Below are positions 48,557-55,858 of a stretch of 64,000 bases of DNA, piece after piece. The position numbers were made by a program, and so were the translations under genes. Numbering within the stretch: the stretch's first letter is position 1; each line of letters begins with the position of its first letter. The DNA lies in assembly GCA_020051775.1 (NCBI GenBank), contig JAGVQJ010000069.1, positions 15,235 through 79,234 on the forward strand, read 5' to 3'. Under the pieces are notes generated by a model. The model was not told where the DNA came from, searched no databases, and saw only the letters and a list, made by a program, of their open reading frames with translations. This DNA comes from Calditrichota bacterium. GTDB taxonomy: Bacteria > Electryoneota > B3-LCP.

Positions 48557-49849
48557 CTATTCTTTATCGCCTTCGGCAGGCACCTTGTAAATTCTTTTTA
48601 ATTCTTCCAGGTGAGCCTGGCCGTGAAAGATGCAATCGCTCACCTCTGCCTGGCCTCGCGAAATGTCTTCGGCCAGCGTATTACAATCGGGAGCGCCACA
48701 GACTCCGCAATTGATCATGGGAAAGAGCGCCAAGGCCTGCTCCTTAACCCGCCGCCGCGCCAGAGCCTCGATTAGGTTGACTTCAGGTCCGGAATAGCTC
48801 TTGGGCTTCTGCCGCTCCTCCAGGTGAAAGAACCCTTGATGGTAGAGCTTGCGAAGCTGATCTACCTCCAAGGGCGAAGTGTGGATTTTGCGTTGTTCTA
48901 AAAGAATGACTTTGTGGTAGGCCATGTAATAATTCTCTACCGTTAAGGGGCCACCGATGCAACCGCCCCGGCAACTCCAGCATTCAGCATAATCGGTATC
49001 TTTTAATTTGCCCGATTCAATATCATCCAAAACTCGGACTATCTCATAGAGTCCGGAGACCGTAATCCAGGATTGTTCTCTTAAGGCTGATCCCGATCCC
49101 CCCAACCGCGCCCAGCGCAGTCCAGTTCCCATGGTGGGCATGGGCCAACGATAAGCATCTGGTTGTTGATTGAGGAATGCCAACAAAGGATTATAGAGGT
49201 CGCGGATCGAGACTGCGCCCGAGATCGTTTGGTGATCCGGGTCATTTTCTCCCTGAGTTACCATGGCCGGACAAGGCGTTAAATAAATAGCATTGAAATC
49301 TTTTGGGCCTTTCATCTGCCCATTGCTGCGCTTTTGGCGCAAGGCCTCTACAGCGATCACCTCCGGCCCCTTCAAGGGAATCAACTGGTTGATCAGTGAC
49401 GGGTAGCGAATCTGTATCAACCGCACAATCGCCGGGCAAAAGCTGGAGATCAGCGGTTTGGGCCCGCGGTAGCTCAGGATAAACTCCCGGATCGCCCAAC
49501 TCACCCAGTCGCAATACTGAGTGATATCTACTGCTTCTTGAAAACCAATGCGCGAAAGGGCCTGCAAAATTTCTTCGGGTGAATATTCTCGCGGGAACTG
49601 TCCCAATAACGCCGGCGAAGGTACGGCCACGCGATATTTCAATTTCTCCAACTGCACCCAAGCATCGGTTTGGGGCGCAATGGCCTGATGGGGGCATACT
49701 TGCAGACATCGGCCGCAATCCACACACCGTTCTTCGATATTAATCGCCTTCCCATTGCGAATGCGAATAGCCTGAGTGGGACAGATTCTCAGGCAGTGCA
49801 TTTTCCCATCACAAAGTTCGGGAATGATTTTCAACATCGGAGAATGCAT
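48557..49849 (-). CDS. [FeFe]-hydrogenase-like protein with degenerate H-cluster motifs (HydS-type putative sensory hydrogenase)
   Basis: 430 aa. Two N-terminal ferredoxin motifs (CLRICPTQAI, CVDCGRCLQVCPHQAI). L1 SFCPA instead of TSCCP, L2 TPCPAM, L3 ECWSCRGGCIGGP retained. Extra C-terminal CGVCGAPDC. Confidence 0.7.
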   Translation of the reverse strand: MHSPMLKIIPELCDGKMHCLRICPTQAIRIRNGKAINIEERCVDCGRCLQVCPHQAIAPQTDAWVQLEKLKYRVAVPSPALLGQFPREYSPEEILQALSRIGFQEAVDITQYCDWVSWAIREFILSYRGPKPLISSFCPAIVRLIQIRYPSLINQLIPLKGPEVIAVEALRQKRSNGQMKGPKDFNAIYLTPCPAMVTQGENDPDHQTISGAVSIRDLYNPLLAFLNQQPDAYRWPMPTMGTGLRWARLGGSGSALREQSWITVSGLYEIVRVLDDIESGKLKDTDYAECWSCRGGCIGGPLTVENYYMAYHKVILLEQRKIHTSPLEVDQLRKLYHQGFFHLEERQKPKSYSGPEVNLIEALARRRVKEQALALFPMINCGVCGAPDCNTLAEDISRGQAEVSDCIFHGQAHLEELKRIYKVPAEGDKE

Positions 49850-49855
49850 GCTTGT

Positions 49856-50308
49856 TTATGTCAAAGTGATGGAGACTCTTAAGGTGGTTCCCTGCCCTAA
49901 TTTTGAGGTTAAGTCGAACTTGTCAGCATTACGCTTGATATTGGGTAAACCCATCCCCGCGCCAAACCCTTTTTCACGCATTGCTTCGGTCGCGGTTGAC
50001 CACCCTTCCTGCATGGCTAAATTGATATCGGGAATGCCCTGCCCCTGATCTTCTACAATCAAAACTAATTCTGAAGAGTGGATTTCCAGCGTCATGGAGC
50101 CTTTACCGGCGTACATGACTATGTTCATTTCGGCTTCATAGCAGCAGATAGCCAATCGCCGGATCAGGTCCGGAGAAATCTGGATTTCTTTCAGTAAATC
50201 TTTGATTTTGGTCGAGACATTACCCGCGGTGATGAAATTCCCGCCCTGTACTTCCCAACGCTGCTTCAGGAGCGGAACCCGATCACTTTGTCGGTCATCG
50301 GGCCGCAT
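49856..50308 (-). CDS. Histidine-kinase-like ATPase domain protein (second copy)
   Basis: Start placed at MRPDDRQ (50308). ...LIVEDQGQGIPD...GFGAGMGLPNI...GQGTTLRV. Confidence 0.65.
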   Translation of the reverse strand: MRPDDRQSDRVPLLKQRWEVQGGNFITAGNVSTKIKDLLKEIQISPDLIRRLAICCYEAEMNIVMYAGKGSMTLEIHSSELVLIVEDQGQGIPDINLAMQEGWSTATEAMREKGFGAGMGLPNIKRNADKFDLTSKLGQGTTLRVSITLT

Positions 50309-50654
50309 GGCCGTCGTCCCGAATTCCGGCGCGGTATAACCGGCCGCAACATTCAAACATGCCCAAGGAGGTGCACAACAATGGGATACCCCGCTCCTCC
50401 GCTTTCGTAACCACCTCGATGTCGGGATGTTTGCCCCGCACATATATAATAGCCTTGATATCAGCGATGTCTGCCGTCGAGATGGATTGCACGGTAGCCA
50501 GGCCGGTCAGCAGCAAAGTTCCCGGATGAGAAAAGGCGAGTACATCGCTCATCAGATCGGCAGCGCCGGCGGTTTCTATCACCAGGTCATCCAGGCGCTG
50601 AGTCCCAGCAAGAGTCTGGGCTTCCAGCAATTTTTCTACTTCGCGAAGTTTCAT
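50295..50654 (-). CDS. DRTGG-domain protein (second copy)
   Basis: 119 aa. Paralogous to 48152-48520; overlaps the downstream ATPase gene start by 14 nt. Confidence 0.6.
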   Translation of the reverse strand: MKLREVEKLLEAQTLAGTQRLDDLVIETAGAADLMSDVLAFSHPGTLLLTGLATVQSISTADIADIKAIIYVRGKHPDIEVVTKAEERGIPLLCTSLGMFECCGRLYRAGIRDDGHAAR

Positions 50655-50661
50655 GGAAATT

Positions 50662-51548
50662 CTATCCGAGTAATCTTCCCGGGTCTTTGCGGGTACGATA
50701 GATAACCTGTTTTTCCCCCAGCATTATGGTGCGACGGTGGGGGATCCGCACCGAAGGACAGTTAGACCAGCACTGCCCGCAGCCGGTACAGATTTCCGGG
50801 TCCACATAACGAGCCTTCTTGTGGATTTTCACCTTGAAATTGCCAATGTAACCCGATATTCCCACCACCTCAGACCAAGTGAAGAGTTTGATATTCTTAC
50901 GATGCCCCACCGAAACCATCTTGGGGGTTAGAATGCAGGCGGAACAATCCAAAGTGGGGAATGTCTTGTCGAAGTACGCCATATTCCCGCCAATGGTCGG
51001 CTCACGATCCACCAGGTACACAGGGTATCCGGCATTAGCAATTTCCAGCGCCGCCTGAATGCCGGAAATGCCTCCTCCCAGGATCAGCGAATTGGCGTTG
51101 ATGGGGACGCGGGATACTTGCATCGGTTCGTGCAGTCGCACCCGGAAAACCGCGGCGCGTCCCAAGTCGGTAGCCTTGGCCGTGGCTTCGACCCGGTCAT
51201 TATGCACCCAGGAACAATGCTCGCGCACATTAGCCATTTGAAATAGATAGCGATTCAGTCCGGCCTCCTCGCAGGCGGTACGAAACGTTAGCTCGTGCAT
51301 TAATGGCGAACATGCTGCCACAACCACACGCGTCAATCCCAGCGTGCGGATATCCTCTTTGATCAAATCCTGGCGGTGTTGGAACACATGAATTTGTAAT
51401 CCCGCGAAACGACGACATCGGGGATTTGCCTCATGGCGTCGCGTACTTTGGTAACGTCAACCGTTGTGGATATGTTGACGCCGCAGTGGCAGATATAAAA
51501 GCCAATCTTCTCCGGGGATTTCTTGCCGTTACCATTACCGTTGCTCAT
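50662..51548 (-). pseudogene. hdrA: hdrA N-terminal half (N-domain, FAD-binding part 1, first cluster of inserted ferredoxin) interrupted by an apparent -1 frameshift near 51365-51372; gene ends inside the inserted-ferredoxin domain
   Basis: Track ORFs 51363-51548 (…GFYICHCGVNISTTVDV…DYKFMCSNTARI*) and 50662-51387 (…QDLIKEDI…NVREHCSWVH…LILGGGISGIQAALEIANAGYPVYLVDREPTIGG…CTGCGQCWSNCP) are consecutive HdrA segments in different frames. Restoring one C in the run ccgcc(c)agg gives FMCSNTAQDLIKEDI, which matches the canonical HdrA order. Confidence 0.65.
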
Positions 51549-52423
51549 ATTTTCGTCTCCAAAAGCTTGGCTACGTTTGCGGCTAAGGGTACCAGGTGTT
51601 TATCAATTCCCATTTGTGAAATACTGCTACCCATTGCCACACCCAACAGTTCGGTAAAGAATAGGGTGGGGATGGTATAGGAATGGCCATAGGATTGTTG
51701 GAGTTCATCCATGTGCATGTCCAGGTTTGCCTGGCACATGGGACAAGTTGTCAGAATGACATCGGCGCCGTTCTCCTGCGCGCAACGGAGCAGTTCATCG
51801 GTCAATTTCAAGGCGACGTCTGCAAAGGTGAACATGAGCATGCCTCCACAGCAGCGTACTTTATTGGGGTAGTAAACCGACTCAGCCCCCAGCGCTTCGA
51901 ACAGTTTGTCCATGGTGACTGGATTCTCAGCGTCGTCAAATGTGGCATAAGGGCGCACGATTTGGCAGCCATAGTACTGCGCAATTTTCAAACCCTTCAG
52001 CGATACTTTGGCTTTTTGCGCGATGGCTTCGATTCCCACGTCGTTGACCAGCACGTCTAAGGGATGACGCACCCGGCAACCTAGGTTATAGGATAAACCA
52101 ACCTGACTCAAGGCTGAATTTACATGATCGAAGAGCTGCGACTTCTCCGCCATGATTTTATGCGTCTTGGCCAATACCGTGTAACAGGCGCTGCATGGCG
52201 CCACGATGTCCAATCCAGCTTTCTCCGCCAAAGCTAAATTGCGCGCTGAAATGGCCAACGAGACCGTTTCCTTGACGGACATGTAAGCAGTCGCGCCGCA
52301 GCAATTCCAATCAACGATTTCGCTTAAACCCAATCCCAAGTCGGAAAACACCGACTTAAGTGATTTATCGTAGGAATCGGCCGAAGCCTCCAGGCTGCAG
52401 CCAGGATAGTAGGTATAATTCAT
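51545..52423 (-). CDS. hdrB: Heterodisulfide reductase subunit B (two CCG domains)
   Basis: 292 aa. YYPGCSL...NCCG and YYGCQ...RCCGG patterns. Confidence 0.85.
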   Translation of the reverse strand: MNYTYYPGCSLEASADSYDKSLKSVFSDLGLGLSEIVDWNCCGATAYMSVKETVSLAISARNLALAEKAGLDIVAPCSACYTVLAKTHKIMAEKSQLFDHVNSALSQVGLSYNLGCRVRHPLDVLVNDVGIEAIAQKAKVSLKGLKIAQYYGCQIVRPYATFDDAENPVTMDKLFEALGAESVYYPNKVRCCGGMLMFTFADVALKLTDELLRCAQENGADVILTTCPMCQANLDMHMDELQQSYGHSYTIPTLFFTELLGVAMGSSISQMGIDKHLVPLAANVAKLLETKI

Positions 52424-53142
52424 CTTTGGACTCCGCCGGAATCCGGGACCTCGCCATCAACGGCGCGATACCCGATCATTCCTTCAATATATTCCTTTTT
52501 ATGGGTTTCACGCGGTACGGCGAAAGTGTCTGCCTTGGCGATGATCTTGCGGATATCTTCGAGGGCGCGAATGCGTTTGGGTGCGATGGAAATCCTTCCC
52601 AATTTCATCAACTTGAAGCCCATTGGCGCCATCCGGAATAACCTCATGAGGTCGGTCTTCAGGTAAAACTGCATCATCAATCCCAACTCGAAGTTTCGAC
52701 CATACCGGTTTACATTATCCACGAACTTGGCAGAGAGGGCATACACGGGGAATTTATCGGGGTAAATTTTGCGCTCCATCGCGATGCGCTTCAGAGCATA
52801 TATGATATCAGTAACTTTGATGCTTGAAGGACAGCGGGAAGTGCATTGGTAGCAGGAGGCGCAAATCCAGATGGAGCGGGATTGTAATATCTTCTCGATT
52901 AATCCAGCGCGAAACAGAGCAATTAATTCACGGGGTTGAACATCCATGGCATAGGATACCGGACAGGAACCGGAGCAAGTACCACATTGAATACAGCGAT
53001 TGATCTTCTCGCCACCGGGGATGTCCATGACCTGATTAAGAAATTCCAGCCGCAGTTCGGATTCCTTGCGCGTCACCATGCCAGGTTTGCGGTCATCCAG
53101 TTGCTGTACTGTTTTCGGAGCCACAGCGGATCTCTCCTTCAT
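52420..53142 (-). CDS. hdrC: Heterodisulfide reductase subunit C
   Basis: 240 aa. CIQCGTCSGSCP and CASCYQCTSRCP [4Fe-4S] motifs. First gene of the operon. Confidence 0.85.
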   Translation of the reverse strand: MKERSAVAPKTVQQLDDRKPGMVTRKESELRLEFLNQVMDIPGGEKINRCIQCGTCSGSCPVSYAMDVQPRELIALFRAGLIEKILQSRSIWICASCYQCTSRCPSSIKVTDIIYALKRIAMERKIYPDKFPVYALSAKFVDNVNRYGRNFELGLMMQFYLKTDLMRLFRMAPMGFKLMKLGRISIAPKRIRALEDIRKIIAKADTFAVPRETHKKEYIEGMIGYRAVDGEVPDSGGVQR

Positions 53143-53231
53143 GTACCTGTTATTTAATTTTAAGAGATTATATTCATCAGTATGAGGTAAAAATGGTTGC
53201 AGATGAAACCATGTGAACTATATCGCATAAT

Positions 53232-53249
53232 ATGTTAGTAATATAACAT
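53232..53249. promoter_or_regulatory. Perfect 18-bp palindrome ATGTTA-gtaata-TAACAT, candidate operator ~90 bp upstream of hdrC
   Basis: Read directly in the AT-rich divergent intergenic region 53143-53607. Confidence 0.5.
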
Positions 53250-53346
53250 GTACTGCCGATTTTGTCAAGCATTTTCTTATTTTTTTTCAATAGGCTTAAA
53301 GTGCCGTATTGGAGCTATTCGAGAGAAGGCACTAATTGTTCATACT

Positions 53347-53373
53347 ATAACATTATAATATTAATTATGTTAT
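53347..53373. promoter_or_regulatory. Inverted repeat ATAACAT-N13-ATGTTAT (same half-site, opposite arrangement)
   Basis: Read directly in the same intergenic region. Confidence 0.4.
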
Positions 53374-53450
53374 GAAATATACAGGAATCATTAAATAATT
53401 AACAATTGTTTATATAAGAAAACACAGAGGATCTTCCCTGCTTGCAAATA

Positions 53451-53468
53451 ATGTTAATATAATAACAT
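53451..53468. promoter_or_regulatory. Second perfect palindrome ATGTTA-atataa-TAACAT, ~140 bp upstream of the UbiA-family gene
   Basis: Same 6-6-6 architecture as the site at 53232. Confidence 0.5.
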
Positions 53469-53607
53469 TATCTATTTGATAATCACTATCGAACGTCGGA
53501 AAATTTTACTGGATTTCGCTCTTCACACTCTGGAACGAGCAATTTTTTATTGTATTTCCTTTGACAAATACTTATATTTAGGTACTAAGCAAAGAGGGAA
53601 TAGGGAT

Positions 53608-54492
53608 ATGTTCACCGCGCTTGTTGCGGCCATGCGGCCCAGGCAATGGACCAAGAACCTGATTATCTTCGCGGGATTGGTGTTTTCGCAACAGTTTTTC
53701 CACCTGGATCATCTGCGGACCACTGTTTTAGCGTTTATCGCATTCTGCCTGAATGCCAGTGCTGTATATCTGATTAATGATCTGAAAGATCTTGAGCAGG
53801 ACAAACTTCACCCCATCAAGAGGCTTCGTCCGCTGCCGGCGAGGCGGATCACCCAGACTCATGCCATTATAGCAGCCGTATTTCTTTCGGCATTTTCCCT
53901 TGCACTGGCTTTCAAATTGAATGTGAGCTTTGGTGTGCTCCTAGCAATTTATTGGAGCATGATGATTTTATATACCTACCGACTCAAGCACATTGTCATC
54001 GTGGATATCCTGATTATTTCCGGTGGTTTCATCATTCGAGCGATCTCCGGGGCTGTGGTGTTGGATGTGATGATCTCCCGGTGGCTTATTGCCTGCGCTA
54101 TCTTTCTATCGCTGTTTCTCATTCTGGCCAAGCGGCGCAATGAGATTATCGAATTGGGCTCTGATGCTGCCGGTCACCGTTCCATCCTCCAGGAATATGG
54201 CCAGAACTTTCTGGACCAAATGATCGCGGTGGTCACTGCCTGCACGATTTTCAGTTACGTACTATATACTGTAGATCCAGAAACCATCGCCAAGTTTCAT
54301 ACCCAAAATCTAATTTTCACCGTTCCCTTCGTAATTTACGGCATTTTTCGGTACTTGTATCTTGTCTATCAGCGCAATTTGGGTGGCCGTCCGGAAGTGC
54401 TGCTGCTATCAGATCGTCCCTTGAGGCTCTGCGTTTTCTTGTGGATTATAACGGCTATGGGTATTGTGTACAGGCTGGATTGGCTTAAATAG
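53608..54492 (+). CDS. UbiA-family prenyltransferase (decaprenyl-phosphate phosphoribosyltransferase-like)
   Basis: Start at ATG 53608 with AGAGGGA RBS. NDLKDLEQDKLHPIKRLRPLPARRI motif; ~8 TM helices. Confidence 0.75.
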   Translation: MFTALVAAMRPRQWTKNLIIFAGLVFSQQFFHLDHLRTTVLAFIAFCLNASAVYLINDLKDLEQDKLHPIKRLRPLPARRITQTHAIIAAVFLSAFSLALAFKLNVSFGVLLAIYWSMMILYTYRLKHIVIVDILIISGGFIIRAISGAVVLDVMISRWLIACAIFLSLFLILAKRRNEIIELGSDAAGHRSILQEYGQNFLDQMIAVVTACTIFSYVLYTVDPETIAKFHTQNLIFTVPFVIYGIFRYLYLVYQRNLGGRPEVLLLSDRPLRLCVFLWIITAMGIVYRLDWLK

Positions 54493-54545
54493 TCTTCCCG
54501 TCACCAAGCCAGCGCTAAAAACCGTACTGAAATACCTGTAACCCA

Positions 54546-55802
54546 ATGATGGCTTGGGGAGAAGAGATAGATGAGCTTCGTATGCCCTCGACAGTTCGTA
54601 TAGTTCACCGAGACTTCGTTCCCGGCGCTCCGGGAGATTTCAGTGCTGAATCTCTTTTAGCGGTGCAGGAGATGACCGCTTTGGCGCTGGGTAACCAATT
54701 TGCCGATCTGGTTCGCGATCGCAGTGTGCTGATCAAACCCAATCTTGTGCGTCCCAATCCTGATTTCCCCACCGCTACTACCACAGATTCTCGCGTCCTG
54801 ATCGCTATATTGCGGCTGTGCCGTGATGCCGGAGCTCGTGAAATTGGTTTGGGTGACAAGCCCGGCATAGGCCTCTCCTGCCGCGGCGCCGAAAAGTTAC
54901 TGGGGCTTCAAGATTACCTGGCCGAAACCAACGCGCATTTCGTCTATTTCGACGAGTCAGAGGAAGTTTGGGAGGATAATCCGCAGGCGCGCGTTTGCGA
55001 TAAGGTCCCCATCCCTTCGGAGCTGCGTCGTTGGGAAATTCTTCTGGACGTTCCCAAGATGAAGTTGCACATGCACGTGGGCGTCTCTCTGGGGATCAAG
55101 AATTTGTTCGGATTGGTGCCCGAACATTTTCGCATGAAACACCACCGCGAAGATTTGCAGCGTTTCCTGGTGGATTACCTCTACCTGGTCAAACCTGATT
55201 TGACTTTAATTGACGGTTTATGGGCCTTGGAAGGGCAAGCTCCGATTTGCGGTACGCCGGTGAAGGATTTCAACCTCCTGGTTGCTTCTCAAGACGTAGT
55301 TGCCGCCGATGCGGTGGGCGCTTGGTTAATGGGATACGATCCTGCGGAAATCGCCATGATCCGCATGGCGGCCGCCGAAGGACTGGGGGTAGCCGATCTT
55401 TCGCAGATCAATATTGATGGAGCCCCTTTAGAACCCCTGCGCCGTTTCTTTCATCGTCCCGTCCTGTCCTCGCAGGATGTGTATCCGGGCATTGACGTCA
55501 TGGTGCGGGGAGCCTGCGTCGGATGTTTATCGTCCTTGCGCCATGCGTTGGATCGCTTGAATCTTGCCGGCAAGCTGAAAGATGACCCTCAGACAATTCT
55601 ACTGGGAATGAGGGATCAAGCACAATCTCCGAATTTGAAAAATGAACAGGGAAATATTTGGTGCTACGGGAACTGTAGCCTTGATTTATTCATAAAACAG
55701 TTTGAGGGCACGGAGGGCGCCCAGTGGCTGAAAGGCTGTCCGCCGCATTTTATGGATTTTTATCGCGCGTACTGCCAGGCCTTGGGGCTTGATCCACCTT
55801 AA
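54546..55802 (+). CDS. DUF362-domain protein
   Basis: 418 aa. LIKPNLVRPNP...TTTDSRVLIAILRLCRDAGAREIGLGDKPG matches my recollection of DUF362. Confidence 0.6.
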   Translation: MMAWGEEIDELRMPSTVRIVHRDFVPGAPGDFSAESLLAVQEMTALALGNQFADLVRDRSVLIKPNLVRPNPDFPTATTTDSRVLIAILRLCRDAGAREIGLGDKPGIGLSCRGAEKLLGLQDYLAETNAHFVYFDESEEVWEDNPQARVCDKVPIPSELRRWEILLDVPKMKLHMHVGVSLGIKNLFGLVPEHFRMKHHREDLQRFLVDYLYLVKPDLTLIDGLWALEGQAPICGTPVKDFNLLVASQDVVAADAVGAWLMGYDPAEIAMIRMAAAEGLGVADLSQINIDGAPLEPLRRFFHRPVLSSQDVYPGIDVMVRGACVGCLSSLRHALDRLNLAGKLKDDPQTILLGMRDQAQSPNLKNEQGNIWCYGNCSLDLFIKQFEGTEGAQWLKGCPPHFMDFYRAYCQALGLDPP

Positions 55803-55858
55803 GTCGAATTGAATTTAATGCACCGGTGGGCCGAATATTTTTTTTAGGAGGTACCGGT

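Noticed and set aside
51230-51418. 62-aa ORF spanning the hdrA frameshift site
   Set aside because: It is the third frame across the same junction, with no homology. The two HdrA-like frames explain the region.
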